64,000 bases of DNA from positions 128,001-192,000 of the forward strand of contig JBFWLW010000002.1 of NCBI GenBank assembly GCA_050251945.1, read 5' to 3'. Below the pieces are notes generated by a model that worked only from the letters and a program-made list of their open reading frames with translations, did no database searches and was not told the origin of the DNA. Both the position numbers and the translations under genes were made by a program. This DNA is from Deferribacterales bacterium. GTDB taxonomy: Bacteria > Chrysiogenota > Deferribacteres > Deferribacterales > Geovibrionaceae. Below are positions 29,141 through 38,609 of this stretch, piece after piece. Numbering within the stretch: position 1 is the stretch's first letter; every line of letters starts with the position of its first letter.

Positions 29141-29786
29141 TATAAAAGCGGTATACGATCTCCTTGAAAAAGCGTATATCCAAATGGATGAGCCGTCCGT
29201 AACAAAAATATCCAAACAGACAAAGCGCGACCCGTTCAGGGTTCTGGTGAGCTGCCTCATCAGCTTGCGCACAAAGGACGAAGTTACGCTGGCTTCATCC
29301 GAAAAACTTTTCGCAAAAGCGGATAATCCCGCCGATATGCTTAAACTCTCCGAAGAGGAAATAGAAAAACTGATATATCCGGCAGGATTTTACAAAACAA
29401 AAGCGAAAACGATTATAAATATCTGTCATATACTGATAAATGAGTTCAATTCACAGGTGCCTGACAACATAGACACCCTTGTCACACTGAAAGGGGTGGG
29501 CAGAAAGACCGCAAATCTTGTAATCGTAGAGGGTTACGGCGAACCGGCAGTGTGTGTTGATACTCATGTTCACCGCATATTTAACCGATTAGGATATGTG
29601 AAGACGAAAACGCCCGAAAAAACGGAAACCGAACTGCGCAAATATCTCCCTGAAGAGTATTGGATACGCATCAACGAGATACTTGTTGCCTACGGACGGG
29701 AGATATGCAGACCCGTGTCGCCCCGTTGTTCCGCTTGCGGGCTTGACAGCTTTTGTGATAAGAACGGCGTAACAACTCGGAGGTAG
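29127..29786 (+). CDS. nth: Endonuclease III
   Basis: HhH LKGVGRKTAN, VDTHVHR, CRPVSPRCSAC..C Fe-S motif. Confidence 0.93.
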   Translation: MKRSDIKAVYDLLEKAYIQMDEPSVTKISKQTKRDPFRVLVSCLISLRTKDEVTLASSEKLFAKADNPADMLKLSEEEIEKLIYPAGFYKTKAKTIINICHILINEFNSQVPDNIDTLVTLKGVGRKTANLVIVEGYGEPAVCVDTHVHRIFNRLGYVKTKTPEKTETELRKYLPEEYWIRINEILVAYGREICRPVSPRCSACGLDSFCDKNGVTTRR

Positions 29787-29787
29787 T

Positions 29788-30246
29788 ATGCGTCAGCACA
29801 ACATTGACGAAACAGACAAGCTGATACTGAACATGCTGGTGAAGAACGCCAGAACGTCTTATGCGGACATCGCAAAAGCAGCGGATATGAAATCGCCGTC
29901 CGTAATAGACAGAATAAAAAGACTGGAAACTCTCGGAATAGTAAGAAATTATACCGTCGACATCGACTATAAACAGCTCGGCTATGACGTTATCGCCTTC
30001 ATCGGCATATCCATAGACAACGCAAAGCACATCGACGATTTTGAGATAACCATACAGAATCTGGACGAGGACATTCTCGGCTGTCACCATGTCACCGGCG
30101 ACTTCACCTTCCTTCTGCACGTGGTGACAAAAAACACGGATTCCCTTTCCCGCCTCATCAAAAAGATACGCAACGTTCAGGGAGTGGACAAGACAAATAC
30201 AATTCTGGTGTTCTCCACCAAACTCGATAAAAAGAGACCCGTATGA
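29788..30246 (+). CDS. Lrp/AsnC family transcriptional regulator
   Basis: DETDKLIL..NARTSYADIA, CHHVTGD. Confidence 0.92.
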   Translation: MRQHNIDETDKLILNMLVKNARTSYADIAKAADMKSPSVIDRIKRLETLGIVRNYTVDIDYKQLGYDVIAFIGISIDNAKHIDDFEITIQNLDEDILGCHHVTGDFTFLLHVVTKNTDSLSRLIKKIRNVQGVDKTNTILVFSTKLDKKRPV

Positions 30247-31007
30247 GATTCAGCGTCGTCATCCCCGTTTACAACAGAACAGACACACTCCGCACGGCGA
30301 TCGAGTCCGTTCTGTGTCAGACGTTTAAAGACTATGAGATAATAGTTGTGGATGACGGTTCCGACCTCTCGGTTGCGCAAAGCCTTAGACCTTACATGGG
30401 GCTGATAAACTACATCAGACACGACAAAAATAAAGGTGTAAGCGCCGCGCGCAACACCGGCATCCGCGCCGCAAAGGGAGACTACATAGCGTTTCTGGAC
30501 TCAGACGACGTGTGGCTGCCCACAAAACTGCAGAAACAGAGCGACATTTTCGACAAAGGATGGCTGTTCTGCTTCACTGACGAGTTCTGGTACAAAACCG
30601 ACAGGTTCGTAAACCAGACTGACAAGCACGCGAAATACGGCGGTCAGGTCTTTATGAAGCTTCTGGACATGTGCCGTATGAGTCCGTCGTCAACGGCTAT
30701 GCATCGCAGTGTGTTCATGTCGTGCGGTTTTTTCGACAGCAATATGCGCGTTTGCGAAGACTATGACCTCTGGCTGCGCATCTCCGCAAAACATCACATT
30801 CACTTCATTCAGGAAAAGCTCATAATCCGCAGAGCCGTAACTGACGATCAGTTAAGCAAAAATATAATGTTCATAGAATCTATCAGGCTGGTGTCACTTG
30901 CCAGACTGGTGCGGTGCAAAAAGCTGACCCTTGCTCAGAAAAAGGCTGCCATAGCCGAAATATGCAGAAAATTCGATATAGTACAGAGTGGTATAAAACG
31001 GTTTTAA
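30243..31007 (+). CDS. Glycosyltransferase family 2
   Basis: SVVIPVYNR, VVDDGS, FLDSDD, EDYDLWLR. Confidence 0.92.
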   Translation: MRFSVVIPVYNRTDTLRTAIESVLCQTFKDYEIIVVDDGSDLSVAQSLRPYMGLINYIRHDKNKGVSAARNTGIRAAKGDYIAFLDSDDVWLPTKLQKQSDIFDKGWLFCFTDEFWYKTDRFVNQTDKHAKYGGQVFMKLLDMCRMSPSSTAMHRSVFMSCGFFDSNMRVCEDYDLWLRISAKHHIHFIQEKLIIRRAVTDDQLSKNIMFIESIRLVSLARLVRCKKLTLAQKKAAIAEICRKFDIVQSGIKRF

Positions 31008-31070
31008 TTCTTGCAATACAGGGGGTTTATATGTATGCTGAAATATTCACTACAATAAAAAGGCAGCCCT

Positions 31071-32894
31071 ATGAATAAATATATAATTTTAGTCCTATCA
31101 CTGTTCGCATTTGCAGCATGTGCGCCCCTTTCACCCCGTCCCGCAGGTTCCGACGATCTTTCTTCCACCACAGCAAAATCAACAAAAGTTCAGGATGAAC
31201 CCCTTTTCCTCAACCAACCAGAGGAAACTGCACCTGACGGCTTTGACAAATATAACGTTCCGGCTTTCCTTAATGACATAAACACCAGAGAACTCGTTAT
31301 TTACGATGTTCTTAAGAAACAAACCGATTTTCACCTCGACCAGAGCGATTCGGAATACGGAAAATACGACACCATACCCCTTGTTGAAGAGGACAGATTC
31401 AATTCATACGTCACACTCTTTACCAACAGATACGCCACAACATTTCAGAAATGGCTCAACCGCTCAAACCAATACATTTACATTGTCCGCGACATCTTCC
31501 GCAGAGAAGGCGTACCGGACGACCTGACATATCTGCCCTTCACCGAGAGCGGATTCAACCCGTCCATAACATCCCATGCGGGCGCATGCGGTATGTGGCA
31601 GTTCATGAAGGGAACGGGTAAGATGTACGGTCTGGACACAGACTTCTGGGTTGACGAGCGACGTGACTTTGAAAAAGCTACCAGAGCCGCCGCGCGCCAC
31701 CTGAAAGATCTTTATAACAGCCTCGGCGACTGGTATCTGGCTCTTGCCGCATACAACGCGGGTCAAGGCAAGATAAATACAGCCATAAAACGCTACGGCA
31801 CAAACGATTTCTATGAACTCGCATCCAGAGAAAAAACATATCTCAGACCCGAGACAAAGGACTACGTTCCGAAATTCCTCGCCCTGCGCTACCTTGCGCG
31901 CAACTATCAGGAGTTCGGATTTGAAACACCGAACGGTCTGCCCATGCTCTATGAAAAGGTCACTCTGTACAGCCAGTCCAACCTGTATGTAATCGCTGAC
32001 CTTCTTGGAACGGATATAGAGACACTTCGCGAACTTAACCCTGAACTAATGACCCCCATGACGCCACCCGTCAGCGAATATGTTCTGCGGGTTCCTTACG
32101 GCAAAAGACTTGAACTTGAAACCAAACTTGAACACGTGACAGACGAGGAACTTGCGCAGTTTTACGTCGTTAAGGCGAAGGCGGGCGAAAGCCTTGACAC
32201 CATCGCTTCCGAATACGGACTTAATTCGGCAGAGCTTAAAAAAGCCAACGGATTCACCCTTAACCGTGTGATGAAAGATACATATGTTTTTGTCCCCATC
32301 CCCGACGTTTACGATGAGGAGCTTAACTCCGACTTTGCTGGAGAGCTTAAAAGATACAACCCGAAAATCCACATAGTGCGCAAAGGCGAAACTTTTTACG
32401 GCATAGCGGCAAGATACGGTCTCTCTGCTGACGAACTTTCAGCCATGAACAACGATATGTCCCCCAAACGCCTGCGCCGCGGACAGTCTCTGGTCATTTC
32501 AGACACCTACTACAACGACAAAGATAAACGCATAGCAATTACAAAACCCCTTAAATCACAATCAGAAAGAGCAAACACCTCTGTAAGTTATAAAGTGAAA
32601 TCAGGCGACAACCTGTTCCGCATCGCTAAAAAATTCGGAACCACCGTTGCAGATATCAGAGATGCAAACGGCATCAGAGGCAACAATATAATGGTCGGTC
32701 AAACCCTTTCCGTCCCTTCGACATCAGGCAAGGCAAGACAGGCATCTGTTTCAAAAGCTACAAAATACAAAGTTAAAAGCGGCGACAACCTCTGGGCTAT
32801 CGCAAAGAAATTCGGCACAACTGTTGACGATATCAAAAGAATTAACGGTGTGGGCAAAGGCATCCGCCCCGGTATGGTACTGAGAATAGACTGA
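31071..32894 (+). CDS. mltD: Membrane-bound lytic murein transglycosylase D-like (SLT + multiple LysM) lipoprotein
   Basis: Lipobox FAAC, TESGF, GMWQFM, AAYNAG, LysM repeats (YKVKSGDNL). Confidence 0.9.
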   Translation: MNKYIILVLSLFAFAACAPLSPRPAGSDDLSSTTAKSTKVQDEPLFLNQPEETAPDGFDKYNVPAFLNDINTRELVIYDVLKKQTDFHLDQSDSEYGKYDTIPLVEEDRFNSYVTLFTNRYATTFQKWLNRSNQYIYIVRDIFRREGVPDDLTYLPFTESGFNPSITSHAGACGMWQFMKGTGKMYGLDTDFWVDERRDFEKATRAAARHLKDLYNSLGDWYLALAAYNAGQGKINTAIKRYGTNDFYELASREKTYLRPETKDYVPKFLALRYLARNYQEFGFETPNGLPMLYEKVTLYSQSNLYVIADLLGTDIETLRELNPELMTPMTPPVSEYVLRVPYGKRLELETKLEHVTDEELAQFYVVKAKAGESLDTIASEYGLNSAELKKANGFTLNRVMKDTYVFVPIPDVYDEELNSDFAGELKRYNPKIHIVRKGETFYGIAARYGLSADELSAMNNDMSPKRLRRGQSLVISDTYYNDKDKRIAITKPLKSQSERANTSVSYKVKSGDNLFRIAKKFGTTVADIRDANGIRGNNIMVGQTLSVPSTSGKARQASVSKATKYKVKSGDNLWAIAKKFGTTVDDIKRINGVGKGIRPGMVLRID

Positions 32895-32901
32895 TTATAC
32901 G

Positions 32902-33030
32902 CATGAATTCCTCCATCCATGGAGAATTCATGAAACGCTCTTGTCGGCAAAGCCTCCCGACGCTCACGTTCCAATCGTTCAGCAAACAAGTCTGCTGAAC
33001 TCATTTCACGAGGTTCCATCCTGAAACCTC
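32902..33030. repeat. ~130 nt four-hairpin structured element (family C), copy 1
   Basis: Hairpins with ATCCAT, GCAAAGC and CATCCTG loops plus AACGCTC/CGCTCACG linkers; same layout on the minus strand at 61338-61466. Confidence 0.7.
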
Positions 33031-33046
33031 AGACAACATAATATAC

Positions 33047-33080
33047 AAAGCCGCGTTCCGAAAGGTTCGCGGCTTTTTTT
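33047..33080 (+). terminator. Intrinsic terminator after mltD
   Basis: AAAGCCGCG..CGCGGCTTTTTTT. Confidence 0.8.
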
Positions 33081-33082
33081 AT

Positions 33083-33114
33083 AGATTGCTTCACCCTGCG
33101 GGTTCGCAATGACG
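33083..33114. repeat. Single REP-like arm
   Basis: AGATTGCTTCACCCTGCGGGTTCGCAATGACG. Confidence 0.75.
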
Positions 33115-33122
33115 TTTCTTTA

Positions 33123-33177
33123 TTTGGTGATTAGAAACGAGCAGTTCAAGGCGAAAGGCAAAAAATATGCGCGGTGT
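33123..33177. repeat. Truncated copy of the 33319-33442 element
   Basis: TTTGGTG.TTAGAA...TTCAAGGCGAA...AAAAAATATGCGC.GTGT aligns to 33319-33373. Confidence 0.75.
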
Positions 33178-33201
33178 TAGAAAATCCAGTTAAATTGACA
33201 G

Positions 33202-33298
33202 TTAGATGCAAGCAGTACAAGGAAGATGCGATGAGAGGGCTGCGAGCATACATACGAAGTATGTGAGCAGTTCCGAAGAGAAGCTGACGCAGTAATGC
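33202..33298. repeat. Family B element, second copy
   Basis: TTAGATGC.AGCAGTACAAGGAAG...GCATAC-loop-GTATGTG...CTGACGC.GTAATGC, as at 20706-20800. Confidence 0.75.
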
Positions 33299-33318
33299 CG
33301 AACTACGGATAGACAGAA

Positions 33319-33442
33319 TTTGGTGTTTAGAACCAAGCAATTCAAGGCGAAGGATAAAAAATATGCGCAGTGTACGAATGTTGTACATGAGCAATATTTT
33401 TAAGACTTCAACGAAGAAATGCGCTGTGTTATAAACGCCAAA
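33319..33442. mobile_element. 124-bp MITE-like long-hairpin element
   Basis: Imperfect terminal inverted repeats TTTGGTGTTTAGAA / TTATAAACGCCAAA; central TGTAC-loop-GTACA. Confidence 0.65.
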
Positions 33443-33445
33443 CAG

Positions 33446-34222
33446 TCAGACTCGTTTGTCGCGGGTGATGATGGCATACGCCGAATGATTATGTATACTC
33501 TCCATATTCTCGCTTGAAACCTCAAACCACACGACACGGTCTTCCGCCATCAGCTTCGTTGCGGCGTTTCGCACCACGTCCTCTACAAACGTCGGGTTTT
33601 CGTAAGACATTTCTGTGACGTATTTCTCATCCTCCCGCTTAAGGAGGGGAAACACGGGGGAGGATGCCGAAGACTCGGCTATCTCTATTATCTCTTCAAT
33701 CCACATGAGTTTTTTCATGCGGACGGATATTGTTATGTAACCGCGCTGATTGTGCGCACCGTATTTACTTATCTCTTTTGAACAGGGGCAAAGGGTCATT
33801 ACAGGAACTCGCACTGAAATCAGAGCGTCGCGACCTTCGGGACCTGACGAACCGAAGTATTCGCAGTAATAGTCCATCATGGCTTCCTGTCTGGAAACAG
33901 GAGCCTTTTTCATCAGAAAATAGCTGAATGAAAGCTCGATGAAAGCCTCTTCGCTGTCCAGCCGCTCTTTCATTTCGTCCAGAATATGCCCGACGGAATA
34001 AAGGTTTATGTCGTCCGAATGGCGGCTTAATATCTCCACGAATCTGGACATATGAGTGCCTTTGAAGTTGTGCGGAAGGCGCACATACATATTGATACGG
34101 GCAACTGTACTCTGTTTGCCCTTGTCGCGGTCGGAGAGAACGACGGGATACCTGATATCCTTGATGCCGACCCTGTCCACATCAAGGTTTCTGTGATCCC
34201 TCTGGCTTTGAATATCTTTCAA
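33446..34222 (-). CDS. folE2: GTP cyclohydrolase IB (FolE2)
   Basis: KGTHMSRF, TLCPCSKEIS..GAHNQR, ESIHNH. Confidence 0.95.
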   Translation of the reverse strand: MKDIQSQRDHRNLDVDRVGIKDIRYPVVLSDRDKGKQSTVARINMYVRLPHNFKGTHMSRFVEILSRHSDDINLYSVGHILDEMKERLDSEEAFIELSFSYFLMKKAPVSRQEAMMDYYCEYFGSSGPEGRDALISVRVPVMTLCPCSKEISKYGAHNQRGYITISVRMKKLMWIEEIIEIAESSASSPVFPLLKREDEKYVTEMSYENPTFVEDVVRNAATKLMAEDRVVWFEVSSENMESIHNHSAYAIITRDKRV

Positions 34223-34224
34223 TA

Positions 34225-34965
34225 TTACCTTCTCTTGCCCATACGCTGGTTGGCAAGGAACTGCTGATAAGGTTTTGCGCCCTGAGGCATTTTAGCGCCG
34301 AGGTGCATCTGGAGCCACAGGTTGCCGTAGTTCTGCATTTTCAGTTTTTTACCGTTCTTGACGGCTTCCATAGCTGACTGCAGTCTGTCGTCCAAAGGGT
34401 TCTTGTCCGCACCTTTGGAAAGGATTACCACTGCCTTGTCGTTGTCGCCCTTTTCCATAAGGAAGTGAGCGTAAAGGCTGTATAAAAAGCCCTGTTTGGG
34501 AGAGCCTTTGATAGCTTTGTCCATTATCTTGCAACAGTCTTCAAATCTGCCCTGTTTGAATCTGAGGGCGGCAAGCATGCCCATTGACATCCAGTTTTTT
34601 GTAAAACCGTTGTTCAGATAGGGTTCGGCTTCGTCAAATTTCTGATTTGTATAAAGGATGATACCTATCTGAGCATCTATCTGCTCTTTAACGAAAAACT
34701 GCCATTTGCCGAAGGGATAAGCTTCTTTAAGTCTTTCAATAGCCTTCTCCGCGCGTCCCGCAGTGAGGTCTTTTTCGACCAGCTTAAAATGGTCTGTGAG
34801 CTTGTTCATGAATTTTTTGCCCACAAAGAAGTTGATACCCAAGACGCACACAACAAACAGGAATATCGGCCAGAAAATGCTGTATGTCAGAAAGTAGAGT
34901 ATGAGTGAGATAACTGTTGATATTGCAACCGAAACTGCCAGTGTGTACATATTGAGATTCTCCAA
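34225..34965 (-). CDS. Membrane-anchored TPR-like protein
   Basis: Two N-terminal TM segments then helical repeats. Confidence 0.7.
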   Translation of the reverse strand: MENLNMYTLAVSVAISTVISLILYFLTYSIFWPIFLFVVCVLGINFFVGKKFMNKLTDHFKLVEKDLTAGRAEKAIERLKEAYPFGKWQFFVKEQIDAQIGIILYTNQKFDEAEPYLNNGFTKNWMSMGMLAALRFKQGRFEDCCKIMDKAIKGSPKQGFLYSLYAHFLMEKGDNDKAVVILSKGADKNPLDDRLQSAMEAVKNGKKLKMQNYGNLWLQMHLGAKMPQGAKPYQQFLANQRMGKRR

Positions 34966-35023
34966 TTTTATAAAAGGTGTTGGATTATATCATCAAGACC
35001 CGAATTTTCAAGCACAAATGCCG

Positions 35024-35356
35024 TTATACTCCGAACGCATTCTTAATATGTGTGATTTCACCATTGTCTATGGAGATCACGTCAAATCTTGCAGGCGCCG
35101 GTTTTTTGTCCGCCATATAAGTCTGCGCCGTGAGCAAAAGCTTTTCCTGCTTCTTTTTGGTCACGGATTCAAAGCCCATGCCGTATCTACCGCCGCTTCT
35201 GGTTTTCACTTCCACAAAGACAAGAACGCCTTCCTTAGCGGCAACAATGTCTATCTCGCCGAATTTACAGCGGTAATTCTTCTCAAGAACGTCATACCCC
35301 TGAGCCAGCAGATATTTTTCGGCTTTTTTCTCGCCGCTCTGCCCAAGCCCGAGCAT
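35024..35356 (-). CDS. yraN: YraN family (UPF0102) putative endonuclease
   Basis: GEIDIVA, VFVEVKTR, RFDVI. Confidence 0.92.
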   Translation of the reverse strand: MLGLGQSGEKKAEKYLLAQGYDVLEKNYRCKFGEIDIVAAKEGVLVFVEVKTRSGGRYGMGFESVTKKKQEKLLLTAQTYMADKKPAPARFDVISIDNGEITHIKNAFGV

Positions 35357-35925
35357 CAGATAAAATTCCCGCAGAAGCTGACCCTGTGCAGAGGCGTCAG
35401 TCCTAATTTCCGGATGGCATCAGTGTGCTTTTTCGTACCGTATCCCTTGTTTGAATACCAGTCATAGTCCGGATATTCGATGTGCATCTTTGTCATAAGG
35501 GCATCGCGAAACACCTTGGCAACGATTGATGCCGCAGCGACACACTGAAACTTGTCCTCAGCTTTGAACGGGTGTTCCATCGGAACTTTCAAATCACCCA
35601 GGTTTACAGCATCCACAATCACCTTATGGTATTCAACTGTTATCTGACCCAGAGCGTCCATCATGGCGCGCTTTGTAGAGTTTAATATATTTATCTCGTC
35701 TATGGTGGAGTTGTCCACCAGACCGATACCTATAGCCACCGCGTTCGCACGGATAACACCGTCCAGAAGTCTTCGCTGTTTCTCCGGTATCTTCTTTGAA
35801 TCAATCAACCGTTCGTCCGAAAAATTTTCGGGCAGTATCACGCAGGCGGCAACCACAGGTCCCGCCAGACAGCCCCTGCCCACTTCGTCTATGCCGACAG
35901 TCAGCATATCAGCCTTTCTTAGCAA
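35356..35925 (-). CDS. rnhB: Ribonuclease HII
   Basis: GIDEVGRG, DSKK, AAASIVAKV, NKGYGT. Confidence 0.96.
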   Translation of the reverse strand: MLRKADMLTVGIDEVGRGCLAGPVVAACVILPENFSDERLIDSKKIPEKQRRLLDGVIRANAVAIGIGLVDNSTIDEINILNSTKRAMMDALGQITVEYHKVIVDAVNLGDLKVPMEHPFKAEDKFQCVAAASIVAKVFRDALMTKMHIEYPDYDWYSNKGYGTKKHTDAIRKLGLTPLHRVSFCGNFI

Positions 35926-36559
35926 TGATCATTCTTTCAATATAATCAGCCACCTTATCAAGCCCCTCGCCGGTTCTGCATGAGGTGGTGAAGAACTCAA
36001 GCTCCGGCTGTATGCCCTTTGCATATGCAATGCATTTCTCAATGCTGAAATCCACATAGGGGAGCAGGTCTATCTTGTTGATGATATACGCAGAACCTGC
36101 GCGCGTCATAACAGGATACTTAACCGGCTTATCGTCACCTTCAGTAACAGAGAGCAGAACAACTTTGGCGTCTTCACCGAGGTCATATTCCGCAGGACAG
36201 ACAAGGTTTCCAACGTTTTCTATTATAAGCAGGTCAAGGTCGTAGCCCAGCTTTTCAAGCGCCCTTTCGATGTCGATTGCCTCAAGGTGGCATGCGTTTC
36301 CGGTGTTCACCTGAAATGCCTGAACGCCTGTGGCGTTTATTCTGTCCGCGTCGTGGGTTGTCTGCTGGTCGCCCTCAACAACGGCTATTTTGTATTTATC
36401 TTTAAGCATCACCAGAACTTTTTCAAGAGTGGAGGTTTTTCCGCTCCCGGGGGATGAAACGAAGTTAAGAACAGCAACGTTCTTAAGTTTTTCACGCATC
36501 TGTGCCGCTTTCATTTCGTTCTTGGTGAGTATCTTTTCCTGAATATTGACCGTTTTCAT
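35909..36559 (-). CDS. hypB: Hydrogenase nickel incorporation GTPase HypB
   Basis: SSPGSGKT, ACHL, ENVGNLVCPA, EGDDKP. Confidence 0.96.
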   Translation of the reverse strand: MKTVNIQEKILTKNEMKAAQMREKLKNVAVLNFVSSPGSGKTSTLEKVLVMLKDKYKIAVVEGDQQTTHDADRINATGVQAFQVNTGNACHLEAIDIERALEKLGYDLDLLIIENVGNLVCPAEYDLGEDAKVVLLSVTEGDDKPVKYPVMTRAGSAYIINKIDLLPYVDFSIEKCIAYAKGIQPELEFFTTSCRTGEGLDKVADYIERMIIAKKG

Positions 36560-36903
36560 TAATCCACCTCAATTTCTGAAACTGTAAGTTCTTCGCCTGT
36601 AATGAGTTCAACCTCATAAGACCCGCATTTTGAGCAGGCAAAGAACATCTCGTCGTACGTATCCGTGGCTCCGCATTTATTGCATTTACCCGTCACAGGC
36701 ACGCTGTCGATTATCAGCACGGATTCCGCTATCAGCGGGTATTCCTCTTTGATGGCATCGAAAGCAAATTTAAGAGCCTCGCCGTCAACGGCGGAAAGTC
36801 TGCCTATCTTTGCGGTCACGCTGCGGACAACCTTTGCACCGTTGGCGTTTGCGGTGTCCAGCACAATCTCGATAAGGCTGCTTGCTATCCCAAGTTCGTG
36901 CAT
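36559..36903 (-). CDS. hypA: Hydrogenase maturation nickel metallochaperone HypA
   Basis: MHE N-terminus, two CxxC motifs, GEEL. Confidence 0.95.
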   Translation of the reverse strand: MHELGIASSLIEIVLDTANANGAKVVRSVTAKIGRLSAVDGEALKFAFDAIKEEYPLIAESVLIIDSVPVTGKCNKCGATDTYDEMFFACSKCGSYEVELITGEELTVSEIEVD

Positions 36904-37529
36904 ACCCTCTCCCGTCTGCTTTTTGTGCATTTTCCAATAAGTTTTATGAGTTCAATCACCCGCCTGACCTCGCGTTCCAGCCTGTCTGCGTCTGCGGAAT
37001 TATCTATAATAAAGTTTGCGTATTTCAGTTTTTCCTCTATGGGCATCTGTGCGTCAATTATCTTCTTCGCCTGTTCCTGAGTGATGCTGTCGCGCTTCAT
37101 CACCCGCAGGAGCTGAATTTTCGGGTCGGTGTAAACCACCACAAGCCAGTCGAACCGTTTATAACTGCCGGATTCAACCGTCAGCGCCGCCTGAGTGATG
37201 ATGATCGCCTTGTCGTCCTTGCCTTTTATCCTGCCCACTGCCCTTGTTTCATATTCCAGAATAGCGGGATGGACTATGCCTTCGAGTATTTTGCGTTTTT
37301 CGGGGTCATTGAACACAATATTGCGTATCTTCGCTCTGTCAAGTGTCTCGTCTGCGCGCACAACATCGCGCCCGAACGCTTCCACCACGCCGAGATACGC
37401 TTTTTCACCCGGACTCATAACGATACGGCTTATCTCGTCCGTGTCGATACAGTAGCAGCCGTGTTTTTCAAAGAACATCGCCGCAGTGCTTTTTCCGCTG
37501 GCTATGTTGCCTGTGAGACCAAGATACAT
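36885..37529 (-). CDS. coaE: Dephospho-CoA kinase
   Basis: GLTGNIASGKST, LEGIVHP. Confidence 0.94.
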   Translation of the reverse strand: MYLGLTGNIASGKSTAAMFFEKHGCYCIDTDEISRIVMSPGEKAYLGVVEAFGRDVVRADETLDRAKIRNIVFNDPEKRKILEGIVHPAILEYETRAVGRIKGKDDKAIIITQAALTVESGSYKRFDWLVVVYTDPKIQLLRVMKRDSITQEQAKKIIDAQMPIEEKLKYANFIIDNSADADRLEREVRRVIELIKLIGKCTKSRRERVCTNLG

Positions 37530-37769
37530 TTATACCCCGTAAATATTTCTGTAGACCGTGACCTTCTCTTCGTCTTTCAGAGTGCTGACAAGGACGCAAA
37601 GCTCGTCCGGCTTGTACCCTTTACAGCCCCACGGTCTCTTTTCGTATATAGTGCAGAGGTTTTCCGGTGAAAGATATCTGCACCGCTCCCCTGCTTTCTT
37701 GTCTATCTCTTTAATGTCAAATGCCGTGCAGCAGGTGCCGCACAAAAGGCAGTCTATCTTATTTTCCAT
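37530..37769 (-). CDS. YkgJ family cysteine-cluster protein
   Basis: CLLCGTCC..CRYL..CTIYEKRP..C. Confidence 0.85.
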   Translation of the reverse strand: MENKIDCLLCGTCCTAFDIKEIDKKAGERCRYLSPENLCTIYEKRPWGCKGYKPDELCVLVSTLKDEEKVTVYRNIYGV

Positions 37770-38523
37770 CTTTAACTATCGTGTTTGTCAGCCTGCCTAT
37801 GCCGTCTATCTCAACGTCAACCGTGTCGCCGACGTTAACACTTCCCACTCCGGCTGGTGTTCCTGTCGCTATGATATCACCCGGCAGCAGGGTCATTATC
37901 TCGCTCATGAACTCGATCAGAGACGGAACGTCGTTTATCATAAGGTCGGCAGTGCCGTCCTGCTTCAGTTCGCCGTTAACAAAGGTTTTTATGTGAGCTT
38001 TGCGCCAGTCAAAATCTGTCTCGATAACGGGACCGATGGGCGCAAAGGTATCGAATCCTTTGGCACGGGCAAATTTTCCGTCGATTTTCTGCAGATCCCT
38101 CGCGGTGTAGTCGTTTATGCAAGTATATCCGAAAATAAAGCTCTCCGCGTGTTCGCGTTTAACTTTTCTGCACTTCTGTCCTATCACCACCGCAAGCTCA
38201 CCCTCGTAATCCACATGCCGGCTGGTGCGCGGGAAAACGACTTCGCCGCCATGTCCTGTTACAGCGGTGGAAGGCTTTATGAATATCATAGGTACTTCGG
38301 GAACCTCGTTGCCCAGCTCCTTGGCATGTTCTGTGTAGTTGCGCGCAACGCAGACCAGCTTTGAAGGGTAAACAGGCGGAAGATACTGCGCTGTTTTCGC
38401 GTCGCGCACTCTGTCCGTCACTACATATTCGCCGAAAAACGAACCCTCTATCTCGCGGATAACGTCTCCGTCAACTATACCTTTCTTCTCTGCAAGTCCG
38501 TCCAGAAATCTGCAAAATTTCAT
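37759..38523 (-). CDS. Fumarylacetoacetate hydrolase family protein
   Basis: DYEGEL, NDYTARD, KGFDTF, TGTPAGVG. Confidence 0.93.
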   Translation of the reverse strand: MKFCRFLDGLAEKKGIVDGDVIREIEGSFFGEYVVTDRVRDAKTAQYLPPVYPSKLVCVARNYTEHAKELGNEVPEVPMIFIKPSTAVTGHGGEVVFPRTSRHVDYEGELAVVIGQKCRKVKREHAESFIFGYTCINDYTARDLQKIDGKFARAKGFDTFAPIGPVIETDFDWRKAHIKTFVNGELKQDGTADLMINDVPSLIEFMSEIMTLLPGDIIATGTPAGVGSVNVGDTVDVEIDGIGRLTNTIVKDGK

Positions 38524-38538
38524 TTAACACCTATAGAT

Positions 38539-38609
38539 GAGACTGCCGCGTCAGCATACTGCTTCCTCGCAGTGACGTCATTGCGAGGAACAACGTGACG
38601 ACGCAATCT
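38539..38609. repeat. REP-like palindromic doublet overlapping the upstream gene's stop codon
   Basis: GAGACTGCCGCGTCA..CCTCGCAGTGACG|TCATTGCGAGG..TGACGACGCAATCT. Confidence 0.82.

Noticed and set aside
32902..33030. tRNA or riboswitch interpretation of the multi-hairpin element
   Set aside because: No T-loop, acceptor stem or recognisable aptamer; it lies 3' of genes and has a dispersed second copy.
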